Positions 37,563-51,227 of a stretch of 64,000 nucleotides of DNA are shown in pieces. The position numbers were made by a program, and so were the translations under genes. Origin of the DNA: Pecten maximus. Lineage: Eukaryota. Positions within the stretch are counted from its first letter, which is position 1. Each line of letters starts with the position of its first letter. The notes below the pieces were generated by a model that searched no databases, had not been told where the DNA came from, and saw only the letters and a program-made list of their open reading frames with translations. The DNA is taken from NCBI RefSeq assembly GCF_902652985.1, contig NC_047023.1:8990001-9054000 (forward strand), given 5' to 3'.

Positions 37563-38134
37563 CTTTGTCACCTTGAGTGTTTATCACCTTCACAATAACA
37601 GGAATTAACATTTGTCAGGATTCTTGTATTCCCTTTGACTATCTATCCGTTTGGCTGCAAAATAAACTGCCCCAGTACAACATCCTTGGTGAGAATTACG
37701 GTTTCTGCCGTAATGTAATTGTCGGGGGTGAAATATGACACTCTGGTATTATCGATACTTGTCCATGACATTTCATTAATTCATATGCCAAATGTAATAA
37801 AAATAATATTGCCTTCTGTTTAATCCAATCTTTCATAAATTGTTCAATGAATATCATTTGTATTATACAGAAGTGGGTGGACTGTCGTAGCATCATATCT
37901 TATAGCCCATTCATGCTTTTTAATCATGTTTAACCCAGAACTTGCCTAACATTTAAATGTAATATAGATTAACATTGGATTGAGCGAGTCCACAGAAGCC
38001 TGTAGGTTTAAAAGGTCTCAAAACGGTCAGCATGGTGTGACCTGACTTTGACAGCTAAATCATATTATGCTGTAACTTATGTTATGTACTAAGCAGAATT
38101 GACCACAGAGCTTTCTATAGGTTTAATGGTTTAC

Positions 38135-39035
38135 AGCCCCATGTGTTATTTCACCTTGAAATACTGCCCGAAAGACTATTTCACTGTTGAATATTGCCCC
38201 ATGTTCTGTTTCACCATGTAATACTGCCCCACGTGTAATACTGACCCAAATAAATATTATTTCAACATGTAATACTGCCCCACATACCATTTCACCATGT
38301 AATACTGCCCCACATACTATTTCACCATGTAATACTGCCCCACATACTATTTCACCGTGTAATACTGCACCACATGTAATACTGCCCCACATACTATTTC
38401 ACCATGTAATACTGCCCCACATACTATTTCACCATGTAATACTGCCCCACATGTAATACTGCCCCACATACTATTTCACCGTGTAATACTGCCCCACATG
38501 TAATACTGCCCCACATTCTATTTCACTGTGTAATACTGCCCCACATACTATTTCACCATGTAATACTGCCCCACATACTATTTCACTGTGTAATACTGCC
38601 CCACATACTATTTCACCATGTAATACTGCCCCACATACTATTTCACCATGTAATACTGCCCCACATACCATTTCATCATGTAATACTGCCCCACATACCA
38701 TTTCATCATGTAATACTGCCCCACATACTATTTCACCATGTAATACTGACCCACATGTAATACTGACCCACATGTAATACTGCCCCACATACCATTTCAT
38801 CATGTAATACTGCCCCACATACCATTTCATCATGTAATACTGCCCCACATACCATTTCATCATGTAATACTGCCCCACATACTATTTCACCATGTAATAC
38901 TGACCCACATGTAATACTGACCCACATACCATTTCACCATGTAATACGTATACTGCCCCACATACTATTTCACCATGTAATACTGCCCCACATACCATTT
39001 CATCATGTAATACTGCCCCACATACTATTTCACCA
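38135..39035. repeat. Minisatellite, 30-bp unit (catgtaatactgccccacatactatttcac) with 17-bp deletion variants, ~32 copies
   Basis: The 30-bp period produces the CGAVLHGEIV pseudo-ORFs; short units catgtaatactgcccca are interspersed. Confidence 0.96.
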
Positions 39036-40841
39036 CCAATACAAATGTTGCAACACAAATTGTTGTTCTATATGGTCTTTGCCAATTATATCTCATCAGT
39101 TACCAGAAACCATTATCAGCATGGTGTAATATTGGAAGATCGCTTTTCCAGACATACAAAATGGATGGCTCCTATTTTTGATTTGGCCCACATGATCCTG
39201 GGGTATGATGGCTGGAGTCTGATGACGGGCACAAAATACTGAATGTTGGCCTTCTGGTTCAGAGTAAATTTTTTGGTTATAAAATTACCATCTTCAATAG
39301 TGTCTTTGAAAATATCACCCCATGGAAAACGAACTTTCTGTACGTTTGCGTTCAATCAGATAACGAAATGGAGTCATACTTTTAATGATATTTTTTTATC
39401 AATTTAAGAATTTAACGAGTAATTAAACTAATTACTATTAATTCAGATGAACTGCTAATTGTGCTATGTAGGGCATCACGTCCTAATGGTGTAAAACTTG
39501 TGGGTACAGGTCACCTTGCCAGCTTCCTTGTGGGAATTTCCCTCCAGCAATGAGTTAGTATGCCCACTTACAGAGTGAGAGGGCGCTTGTTGGAGACTAG
39601 CACGGATAGTATGTTTCATTACTAATTCCCTTTACGGATTTGGTGCCTAATCACTCCAGGAAACTTAGAGAATCAGGGCTGTAATGGTCTTTGGGGACAA
39701 AATGTGCTTTAGAGGCGATATCCTTCACTCTAGTGGTTTATGTCAGCAAAAGGTTGTTGTACATTGAGTCACAACAGAATAAAATAATTTAATTTTCCTT
39801 CCTGTTGCACTGTTCGGACGGTAAAGTTGGTTTCTAGTAAACTTGATACATTATAATCATATGCTAATCATATGCAAATTAAATTAAGTGCTAATTAGTT
39901 ATGCGAACATGTGATTGTAATTGCTTTTTTTTTTCGCTCCATTTACAACAGTTCAATACTCGTGTAGCTAAGTAATAAAATATCGGACCCGTAACAAAAG
40001 ACTGGTTACCATATTTGACGAGCTTCAAAGGCTCGGGTACAGGCTAAATCTATAAACAAGTATTTAAACTGGGGTTACCATGGCAACAGTCATTGTCTCG
40101 AATATTTGTTCAAGATTAATTTACAGCCATTGAAAAAATATTGGCGTTTTTCATTGTTGTTTGAACAGTTGACAATAGCTGGTAAAGTCATGAAAATTTT
40201 GTTTGTTTCTGCTTTCAAGGTTGATTCCTGATAACTGTCAGCTGATATATGCGTAACCTTCAAACCGTGCATACAACCTTGTTTTCTATTGGATGGCTAA
40301 ACTTGATGCATATATTAAATTTCATGGTTTGATTTTTTCTTCCTAATTTACAAATTCAAGATTCAGGTAAATACAGAAAAAACAAATTTAATGATGTACA
40401 TGGTCTAGCTTTGTAACATGACTTTGTTTCCTGATAAATGTATAAACAAACGTCTAGCGTTGATTGATAGCGCATGATAAAAACTAAAAAACAAATTTTA
40501 AAAATAATTTAGTTCAAAAGATGAATGCATAATTTAAACTTTATCAAAAGGACTTTTAACTTTACCTGAATATTTCCTGATGTTTTGTAATTAATTCATT
40601 GTTAGGTAATTTGGCCCCAGTTTTTGTCATCCCTGTTGCAAATGTGTTGGGGACAATGTTCCAAGTGTCACTTGTAACTTTATAAATGGCTGTCATGCCT
40701 TTTGATTTTCTGCACTCCTGGGTTGGATGCTGTCCTGACAAATATCTATACATGTAAAATAAACTCAATTTATTTACAACAATCTTATATTAATCACTCT
40801 TTTTGTCCTGGATAGAAGAGCCTGAGGGGTCCTATATAACT

Positions 40842-40986
40842 GGGGGGGGGGGGGGGGGGGGGGACTGGTGTACCCGGAGAAATCCGGCATGGTCGAGCAG
40901 GTGACCCCATACCTTTTCATGTTTGATCGGTGGAGTCGAACCCCTGCCACCTAGGTGAAAGGCAAGTGTGCTACCACTGTGCCACC
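40842..40986 (-). mobile_element. 3'-truncated tRNA-derived SINE ending in a poly-C/G tract
   Basis: Minus strand: ggtggcacagtggtagcac (A box), ggttcgactcc (B box), ggatttctccgggtacaccagt, then ~22 C. Confidence 0.82.
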
Positions 40987-41916
40987 CAAACACCAATCTA
41001 CACGAGTCTACGTGTACATGGACGATAGAAATGGACATCCTTGCTGTCTAACTGTCACATGATAGATATTGTTATGCATGTGACTACAGCATAATGTCAC
41101 AAGCCTGCCAACAGGGGCGTCCATTGTTATGGTATCTAGATTGTCTTCTGTTGGGGGGGGGGGGGGGGGGGGGGTAGGAAGGCAGCATGTAAAAATTGAC
41201 AGAAAAGTGTTGGTTTTTTTTTTCATTTATTTGCAGCAAGTCAATTTTGACTCTAGCACAATACATATGGGTAGACTTATTACCATGGCTTATTAGGCCT
41301 ATTGTCAGATAAATATGTGGTACCTCCAACTCCATGACATTTCAACCATCTTATCCGCCTGACTATACAACTCATTAGCGTGATCAATAATCTATTTTTA
41401 GCTCTTTAATTAGGTCAATCCATATTCAGTATGGTTGCTCCTGAACTAGGTCTTCGTATTTCAGTATATAGTATTTTGCATATATTTTTCATTATAGATG
41501 GCAGGCATGGTACGATTTCACCAAAACCTAACCACAGCTGGCTGACTATATAGCTGCAATCAATGACTGAAACAATGTTAGGATGTCAATAATCAAACCT
41601 TAAATTACCAGGTAAGTAATGTATAGTATTAAGTAACAAACCAGAGTAAGGTACGGAGTTACAGCACATATCTATCGAGTGTTTATGGTTATATGTCTTC
41701 GTTAATACCTTGATTTTAATGCTACAGGAATAATTTGTTATAATGAATCTTGTACATCTGTTCCTTGTCAGTAGAAGACTCTAGATCCATAATATCTTAT
41801 GTACATGTAATCCATAGAAAGCAAGGTCAGATAAGGTCACAAAAGGCGAACATGCAGCATTGCATGGCAGTAAATGTAGAATGCATGTTTAGGTATTGAA
41901 ACTGAAAATGATGTAT

Positions 41917-43590
41917 AGGTGTAAGAGTCTGGGTGTTACCTGGTGTAAGAGTGTAGTGTTACCTGGTGTAATAGTGTGTGTGTTACCTGGTGTAAGAGTC
42001 TGGGTGTTACCTGGTGTAAGAGTGTAGTGTTACCTGGTGTAAGAGTGTAGTGTTACCTGGTGTAATAGTGTGTGTGTTACCTGGTGTAAGAGTCTGGGTG
42101 TTACCTGGTGTAAGAGTGTAGTGTTACCTGGTGTAATAGTGTGTGTGTTACCTGGTCTAAGAGTGTGGTGTTACCTGGTGTAAGAGTCTGGGTGTTACCT
42201 GGTGTAAGAGTGTAGTGTTACCTGGTGTAATAGTGTGTGTGTTACCTGGTCTAAGAGTGTAGTGTTACCTGGTGTAAGAGTCTGGGTGTTACCTGGTGTA
42301 AGAGTCTGGGTGTTACCTGGTGTAAGAGTCTGGGTGTTACCTGGTGTAAGAGTCTGGGTGTTACCTGGTGTAAGAGTGTGGGTGTTACCCGTTGTAAGAG
42401 TGTAGTGTTACCTGGTGTAAGAGTGTGTGTGTTACCTGGTGTAAGAGTGTGTGTGTTACCTGGTCTAAGAGTGTAGTGTTACCTGGTGTAAGAGTGTAGT
42501 GTTACCTGGTGTAAGAGTGTAGTGTTACCTGGTGTAAGAGTCTGGGTGTTACCTGGTGTAAGAGTGTAGTGTTACCTGGTGTAAGAGTGTAGTGTTACCT
42601 GGTGTAAGAGTCTGGGTGTTACCTGGTGTAAGAGTGTAGTGTTACCTGGTGTAAGAGTGTGTGTGTTACCTGGTGTAAGAGTGTAGTGTTACCTGGTGTA
42701 AGAGGAGTGTAGTGTTACCTGGTGTAAGAGTGTAGTGTTACCTGGTGTAAGAGTGTAGTGTTACCTGGTGTAAGAGTGTAGTGTTACCTGGTGTAAGAGT
42801 GTAGTGTTACCTGGTGTAAGAGTGTAGTGTTACCTGGTGTAAGAGTGTGTGTGTTACCTGGTGTAAGAGTGTGTGTGTTACCTGGTGTAAGAGTGTAGTG
42901 TTACCTGGTGTAAGAGTGTGGGTGTTACCTGGTGTAAGAGTGTAGTGTTACCTGGTGTAAGAGTCTGGGTGTTACCTGGTGTAAGAGTGTAGTGTTACCT
43001 GGTGTAAGAGTGTAGTGTTACCTGGTGTAAGAGTCTGGGTGTTACCTGGTGTAAGAGTGTAGTGTTACCTGGTGTAATAGTGTGTGTGTTACCTGGTCTA
43101 AGAGTGTGGTGTTACCTGGTGTAAGAGTCTGGGTGTTACCTGGTGTAAGAGTGTGGGTGTTACCCGTTGTAAGAGTGTAGTGTTACCTGGTGTAAGAGTG
43201 TGTGTGTTACCTGGTCTAAGAGTGTAGTGTTACCTGGTGTAAGAGTGTGTGTGTTACCTGGTGTAATAGTGTGTGTGTTACCTGGTCTAAGAGTGTGGTG
43301 TTACCTGGTGTAAGAGTCTGGGTGTTACCTGGTGTAATAGTGTGGGTGTTACCCGTTGTAAGAGTGTAGTGTTACCTGGTGTAAGAGTGTGTGTGTTACC
43401 TGGTCTAAGAGTGTAGTGTTACCTGGTGTAAGAGTGTGTGTGTTACCTGGTCTAAGAGTGTGTGTGTTACCTGGTCTAAGAGTCTGGGTGTTACCCGTTG
43501 TAAGAGTGTGTGTGTTACCTGGTGTAAGAGTGTGGTGTTACCTGGTGTAAGAGTCTGGGTGTTACCTGGTGTAATAATGTGGAGTTACCT
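41917..43590. repeat. Minisatellite, 23/24-bp units (gtgttacctggtgtaagagtgta and variants), ~70 copies
   Basis: Periods 23 (42721/42744) and 24 (42301/42325). Confidence 0.97.
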
Positions 43591-44164
43591 ATGTTTGTAT
43601 ATTTACTATATGTGTACGTGCGTTTACACACTACAACCCTATATATGATCAGGGCGGCCATTGTTTTATCTACTGTTATCAGTTGTGTGGTTGGCTCACA
43701 CTGAATAATCTCTGACCTACTGAATAAGGAAGCCAAGGTCATCAGGTCAAGGTCATAGTTCAGTGATCTGCCGTTTTAAGATTAGGATATTGCGTCATAT
43801 GTATGATGAAAAATGTCACCCATGTATTTCCGTTTTGTACCCAATCCTTCAAAGAACGATACCTCTATGCTGGAGTAGAACTTTGTATTGACAATTGGGG
43901 CAATCCTGTCCAATGGTCCCTAATAATCCTGTAATATTCTTGTCCATTAAACCAATACCAATCCTGTGCCACTAAATCCTTGTCATTAATCCTGTGCCAC
44001 TAACCCATTTCCATTAATTCGTACATAAAATACTGAGGAGTTCTTTTACATGTATTACAATTTGAAGCCTCCAAAATAATGGCAGGTCTGTGAGATTCTA
44101 ACAAGTAACTATTTCATGTTCTTTTCAATCTGATTTCTTTGATCTTTTTTCTAGAGTATGATCT

Positions 44165-44410
44165 TTTCTGTGACCTACATTTTGATACATTGTTGTGACC
44201 TACATTACGATACATTGCTGTGACCTTCATTTTAATTCAATCCTGTGGCTTTCATGTTAATCCATTGTGACCTTCATTTTAATCAATTTATGTGGCCTTC
44301 ATTTTAATCCATTTCTGTGACTTTCTTTTTAATCCATTTCTGTGACCTACATTACGATCCATTTCTGTGACCTTCATTTTAATCCATTTCTGTGACCTTC
44401 ATTTTGATGA
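44165..44410. repeat. Degenerate minisatellite, 25-bp unit (tgtgaccttcattttaatccatttc), ~10 copies
   Basis: tgtgacc at 44341, 44366 and 44391. Confidence 0.9.
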
Positions 44411-46119
44411 TTTGCTGAGTTCCCTGGCCTATAATGGTATCTACATGCACTAGTATCAGTGTACCTATATGTAAAACAACTTGAATCATTTTGAAAAATT
44501 TACCTGAATCCTATGGGAAACATTTAATTGCTGGCTAACAAGAGCTGCTCACCCCAAAGATAGGGACACTTCTAACTTTGTGGTATACAGTTAGTTTGTG
44601 GTGTAATATGCCTACGAAAGTTATGTAATATGTGGTCAGCTAATCCCAGACTGTGCTTGACCAGTGGCCTTTGTCAACAAATGTCGTGAATCAGAATCAA
44701 TTTGTAGAGAGCTGGCTGTACACCTGGTCGTACACCTGTCTGTCCAGGTAAGTCACACCCATGTCTCATTATGCCTGGTCAGATCTCTTCACATGCCAGT
44801 CGGGCCTTGTCCTAAATATCCCAATGATTTGTGAGGCTCACCGTCTTCCTTACCTTAGACGTGAGTTTGCCTGCTATCTACAATGAGAATTCATCTCAAC
44901 ATGTACATTTGTTATACTGCTCATCCTTTGTTACCATGGAAACAATTGTCACAAAACCAGAACCTGTGTAATGAGGACAAACCACTTCTGGATATCAAAA
45001 CACTATGTTGAAAACACCCCTGGCTTGCTGAATCTAACAAACACCAATATAAACTGTGTTGTTGATGCGTTTGTAATCTATACTGGCCTCTATTATGCTT
45101 AAACAAACGTTTATAGGTAATATAATATTTATAATGTAGAAATTGCAGATTTGCTTTGTAAAGAGATTCTCTGAGTGTCCGCTGAGAAATTCAAATTGGG
45201 CCAATTAAGTTTTTTTTTATAGCTGGAGAATTGCTATGATTTGTCTGTGTCTGGCGAAAGCGCTGACAGCGTGACGCTACCTCTATTGTGCCGTCTTCCA
45301 TATCCATTGTAGTAGGTCATTGTAACCCGCTCCACATTTAAACCCTGTGCTAATTTCTTTAAATGTACTAGATTTGTTGCTTTTGAGCATCATAATGGAC
45401 TGCTTTCTACTTTTCTATAGAAATGTAAATGGGTGTATTAAATGGGTGTTATATATGCTGCACAGGGTCTGCTGGTTAATTGTGCGTACATAGGCTTCAA
45501 AAACCTGTACTTTAATGCAGAGTTGTAGCCTTGAACTATATAAAACCAATTCTCAACGTGTACAGATCCGTTTCTCATCTGTTTGTTTATACTGAACGAT
45601 CACAAGTGTAAAAAGCTGCGACCGATATCCATTTTGTAATGCATGCAAACTCAGTCATTTGGTCTCTTGCCAAATATACAGAATTGATTTTGAATATAAT
45701 AATTTAGATGGCAATTAAATAAAAATAAATATGTATGGAATAATGCTCAATGGATGAGTCAAATGAATATTAATATTTCATGAGAGAGGAACGTTCTCGA
45801 ACACTGCCAAAGGAAGGTCATCTTAACCTATCTTACAATCTAATGCAGCAATTCAATTAAGTGAACAGGCGTATTTAACATTGGTGATCTCAAGTTTGCT
45901 GGAAGTTACACTCCCGAACTGACAAGCCCAAGATATAAGATTATGAAAACCTTTTGAATGACATTTCAAAGACTCCCAATTGGTCTGAAGATTCCTGGAT
46001 AGTTGATACAGTCATTTTATTCATTATAAGCTTTCCTGATTCTGCTTTGCCAGCCATTCGCCAATACCTTGTGTCAGTTTAACGATGGAAATGTGTCTAC
46101 TCTTTTGTGCCTGCTTTAA

Positions 46120-47125
46120 TTACCAGCCATTCTTTCCATTTGGTTTCTGCTTGAACTGCCTCACCATCTATTCTTTAGTTCCTACTTCTACAACCACAGT
46201 CCTTACTAGATGGTTTCTAATCTTCCAACCATCATCCAAGCTCCCTGGTTTCCGCTTTTCTAACCATAATTGTCCCCACTCCCTGGTTTCTACTTTTCCA
46301 ACCATTGTCAATGCTCCCTGGTTTCCGCTTTTATAACCATTGTCTTTGCTCCCTGGTTTAAGCTTTTCCAACCATTGTCCTTCTCCCTGGTTTTTACTTT
46401 TCCAACCATTGTCAATGCTCCCTGGTTTCTGCTTGTTGAACTGTTGGCCCTTTCCCCTGGTTTCCGCTTTTCTAACTATTGCCCTTTCCCCTGGTTTCCG
46501 TCTTTCCAACCATTGCCCTTTCCCCTGGTTTCCGCTTTTCCAATCATTGTCCCCACTCCCTGGTTTCTACCTTTCCAACCATTGTCCTTTCTCCCTGGTT
46601 TCTATTTTTCTAACCATCATCCATACTCCCTGGTTTCTGCTTTTCTAACATTGTCTATGCTCCCTAGTTCCAACCATTGTCCTTCTCCCTGGTTTTTACT
46701 TTTCCAACCATTGTCAATGCTCCCTGGTTTCTGCTTATCGAACTGTTGGCCCTTTCCCCTGGTTTCCGCTTTTCCAACCATTGTCCCCACTCCCTGGTTT
46801 CTACCTTTCCAACCATTGCCCTTTCCCCTGGTTTCCGCTTTTTCAATCATTGTCCCCACTCCCTGGTTTCTACCTTTCCAACCATTGTCCTTTCTCCCTG
46901 GTTTCTACCTTTCCAACCATTGTCCATACTGCCTGGTTTCTATTTTTCTAACCATTGTCCATACTGCCTGGTTTCTATCTTTCCAACCATTGTCCATACT
47001 GCCTGGTTTCTATCTTTCCAACTTATTGTCCCTTTTCCCTGGTTTCTACTTTTCTGACCACTGTCCCCTCTTCCTACTCCCCCCATCAACCCTATCACAT
47101 TGTTTGTGCTTTCCCAACCATTGTT
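46120..47125. repeat. Pyrimidine-rich minisatellite, ~34-35-bp unit (ccctggtttctacttttccaaccattgtccccact), ~28 copies, with an internal ~300-bp block duplication
   Basis: The rare variant gaactgttggccctttcccctgg occurs at ~46438 and ~46740. Confidence 0.93.
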
Positions 47126-47340
47126 AAGGTAAAAGTGGGTTCAAACAATTGTTGGCTTACCAAATGAGTGTCTGGTCATCAACAATATGTCTGTTATTAC
47201 CCATCAGTACAAACTACAAAATTAACAATTGCAATTTGGCAAAAAGTCCATTCATCTCATTTGAAATGGTCAAGGTCTGATAGAACCAAACCCACTTGGA
47301 CCAAAGTGATCTCGTTTCATCCAAGTATATGATAGGACAG

Positions 47341-47580
47341 TTTCACAGTTTCAAGGTCAAATCAAGTCCTTATCATTTCACTGTTTCAAGGTCAGATCAA
47401 GTCCTTATCCTTTCACAGTTTCAAGGTCAGATCAAGTCCTAATCCTTTCACAGTTTCAAGGTCAGATCAAGTCCTAATTCTTTCACAGTTTCAAGGTCTG
47501 ATCAAGTCCTAATCCTTTCACAGTTTCAAGGTCAGATCAAGTCCTAATCCTTTCACAGTTTCAAGGTCAAATAAAGTCCT
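47341..47580. repeat. Minisatellite, 35-bp unit (tttcacagtttcaaggtcagatcaagtcctaatcc), ~7 copies
   Basis: tttcacag at 47411 and 47446. Confidence 0.95.
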
Positions 47581-48609
47581 ACCTGTCTCTGTCATTTACG
47601 TTCCATCAGGCTCAACCAAAGAGACCAAAACGTCTCAGCTTTAGGCAATATCGGGAAACTCTAGTAAACAGAAGTTCTTCTATAAAACATTTCCCAGGCT
47701 TTTCTCTACAAGAGGCCTTCACCTAAGAAATCTTTAAACATACAATTACATTCAACTTGTATTGTGAAACGAGGTGTTCTTCTGTGTGAATTGATAAAAA
47801 AGCATTCAGTTGCAGAAAACTCAATTAAAAAGCTGTTGTTAATTTCTAGATATTTAAAAGGACGATAGTGTCCTTGTGATAGTCGTGTCATCGGTCGTGT
47901 ACGTTAACGAACGTTCTCAAGGTTTACTGAGTACGTACAGTGTAGAATGAGTCACTTTTTATTATAGATAAGAAATATATACATAAAAATGAAATAAGAC
48001 TTTGAACCAATGTAAACAAATGTTTAAATACGTGTCAGTATTCCGTGACGTATTCTTTAGTGTTGCACAGATTTATAACTGATAATGCCACGAGGGGGGC
48101 ATTCCAAGGCTGGGGAGTTGTTGTCAGGAAACTAACATTCAGTGGAATGGACATGCGAGAGAATTTGGTCTGGTTTTTTTGGTTTTTTTTTACTTGTTTA
48201 CAGTCTTATTTTTAATCTTAAGATATGCAACAGGTTAGTTTTACCTGAAATGTTTTCTTTTATTCTGACCTAGTCTTTCCCAGAATTAATCTGGGAACAG
48301 TTGCTTTCCTTATTACAGGGATGTAATGATACCATGCAAGGACATAGGGTGTATATATTACATAGTTTAACATAAGTTTGATTTAAAGGTGTTTACAAAC
48401 ATTTGAATGCATGTCCGTGCTCAAGGTCTTTATTGCATAATTTAACTGAGATTTGACATGGAAAAGTCTGAAGCAACACTCTGCTGTCACAATATCTTGT
48501 CTGTAAAGTCAAGTTATCATCAGATGATAGTTACCTCCCTTACTCAACCATAGCTCCCTAACCTCATAACCCTCACACAACAGTTACCTCCAACATGTAA
48601 TTCTCTTAA

Positions 48610-49165
48610 CCAAAGTTATCTCCCCTTATAATTATCTCTTAAGTTATCTTACTTGTAATCTTTCCACTAATTTTATCTCCCCTTTTGATACCAAGGTTAT
48701 CTCGCCTTCTGATACCAAAGTTACCTCCCCTCCTGATACCAAAGTTACCTCCCCTCCTGATACCAAAGTTATCTCCCCTCCTGATACCAAAGTTACCTCC
48801 TCTCCTGATACCAAAGTAATCTCCCCTTCTGATACCAAAGTTACCTCTCCTCCTGATACCAAAGTTACCTCCCCTCCTGATACCAAAGTTACCTCCCCTC
48901 CTGATACCAAAGTTACCTCCCCTCCTGATACCAAAGTTACCTCCCCTCCTGATACCAAAGTTATCTCCCCTCCTGATACCAAAGTTACCTCCTCCTCCTG
49001 ATACCAAAGTTATCTCCCCTTCTGATACCAAAGTTACCTCCCCTTATGATACCAAAGTTACCTCCCCTTCTGATACCAAAGTTATCTCCCCTTCTGATAC
49101 CAAATTATCTCCCCTTTTGATACCAAAGTTACCTCCCCTTCTGATACCAAAGTTACCTCCCCTTC
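48610..49165. repeat. Minisatellite, 24-bp unit (tgataccaaagttacctcccctcc), ~21 copies
   Basis: The 24-bp period explains ORFs 48639..49031 and 48644..48982. Confidence 0.96.
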
Positions 49166-50559
49166 ATAACCAATCAGACTAGCATGAATGACAAGCACAG
49201 GTGATGGTAACAAAGTTATTCATTATTGATAAAAATGATTTCTGCTTGATATATATAGCTTGAAATCTAGATTTCAGAAGATTTCCAGGGAGGGAGAAAT
49301 ATGGTAGCTGTTCATATCTCTTGTAATTTAATATGTTTGATATATGTTGTCAAAAGGTGAATGAATATTTGAAGACAGTCATTGTATTTATGTGTGATTT
49401 CTACCATTACACTACCTAATTAACAATCCTGTGAGTGTCCCTAAAGACAAGTGACATCTGAGAATCCTATATCGATGTGTAGAAGCATTACTGTGCAAAA
49501 TTTTAGGCCTTGAAATACAGTACCTTCATAACAGACTTGAAAAAAGTACATGAACATATCTTGGACAAGTACCCTATCCAATTTTATTTCCACAGTTACT
49601 ATTAATCAATGTTACAGAAACAATAGAATATTTTTTCTGTGTGATGCGATCGTCATATTTTATGTTAGCATTGGTTGGAGTTTCAAGGCTGTTTTTCCAT
49701 TGCAGTCTTCCACCCATTTCAATTTTGAAAAGTCATTCCTGGGTATATCATATTCTACAAGCTCTTCTGAAAGAAATTGTTAACAAATAACAAAAATACC
49801 TTCATAAGAATTTGTCCTGTAATCACGATTCCCTCCCACCCTGCTCTAAATACACATCGTCAAGAAGCCTATTAGCTCTAATTACCCCACAAATTAGGAG
49901 TGTCACTTTGGTCTTGAAATTTAAGTACTTGTAAGTATTACACAACAAATATACATCACAAACACTTCATCTTGATGTCATATGTATCATGCTATTTTCT
50001 CCAAGATCCAATTGCAATAATTTAAAATATAATTGGAGGGAAATTTCTTATCAAAAGATGAAAGTTTTTCATCCTTCTGTTGAAAAAGTAAGTGTTGAAA
50101 TATGATCGTTTCTGCAGACTTGATTGATGTATACAAAAAAACAACCTTTCAGGGTTTGATAGCGGTAAATTTTTAATTCTAAGAAACAGTGCTTCAATAA
50201 AAGATGAAATATATTTTAAATGACCCAGGGTCTATTAGTTCTGTGGTAAATTGATGTGTAAGAGTTACACAGCAAATCCAGACATCCACTTTACATGCTG
50301 TCACCCTGACACGTTCCACAATGGACATTTTAATTGGGTAAAAAGTCTCGGACACTGAATGGCCTGAATAGGTGAGCTGCAGGTAGCTAGAGGTCAGGTA
50401 TTGTGTCCCCGTCGGCTGGACGGAGATCACAGCTGGGGGAATGTGAGGCCCTATCCCAGGTAACCGCCAAACAACCTGCCGCGGCACGATTCCATTTTAT
50501 CTGGCCCCAGCTTCTAGTGTCATATTATTAGATCACGGGACCTGAGCAGAGCTAAGCTC

Positions 50560-50705
50560 GCTTCTGATTGGTTGACGCTCACATAAATGTTTACTATCAA
50601 CTTTACTACGTTGTTTATACTGATGGCGTGACTACGGTTTTATATATACGGCAAAGCTTTAAACCTTTGTGGAAGGGAACTGATTCGGAAGAATTAACGG
50701 TAAGT
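50560..50705 (+). promoter_or_regulatory. Candidate alternative promoter and non-coding first exon
   Basis: Inverted CCAAT box ctgattggtt (50564) next to tgacg, local CpG enrichment, and a consensus donor acg|gtaagt at 50699/50700. Confidence 0.35.
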
Positions 50706-51227
50706 TGCTTGTTCCTAAGATTGTCCGTGCATGCATGCAGCTGATTACGATTATTGAGTGCACATGCATTTATGTAGAGGGGCACAACGAGTAGGGTCAC
50801 AGGTGTGTGTGGAGTTAGCGTGAGAGCCCCGGTTATGGTGATGAGGTCAGTGTTACCTGTGTGTGTGTACAGGTGTGAAGACTTGTTCGCTCACCTGGTC
50901 AAGCACATTGAGTAAGGACAAACAATATCATTATTCATACTACCAATAGCCGAAAATACCTGTGTGTCAATTTTAACATTGAGCAGATTCAGATTTTGTT
51001 TTCAAACTTTTTGTTTAATATGTTGCATAAGAGATACGAGGTTTGTCTATCTGTTACATGCTCTCTAGGTGCTGGGACTAGTAAGTGTGGGGCAGATCTG
51101 ATATAGCAGCTCGCAGCTCACTGTCAGATATATATTAGTTAAAGACCATTAGCAATGATGTGGATTAGTCATGGTGTAATTAATTAACTGTCCCCCTCTA
51201 CCATGGACTTGTTATTACAGGATGGTA

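Noticed and set aside
44708-44747. Possible 40-nt micro-exon (tttgtag|...ccag|gtaagt)
   Set aside because: Weak pyrimidine tract, no recognisable peptide, and such sites occur by chance in 64 kb.
48639-49031. (GGNFGIRR)n resembling a neuropeptide precursor with dibasic sites
   Set aside because: No signal peptide, and no Gly before RR for amidation; a second frame is equally open; DNA-level identity is that of a minisatellite, and upstream units break the frame.
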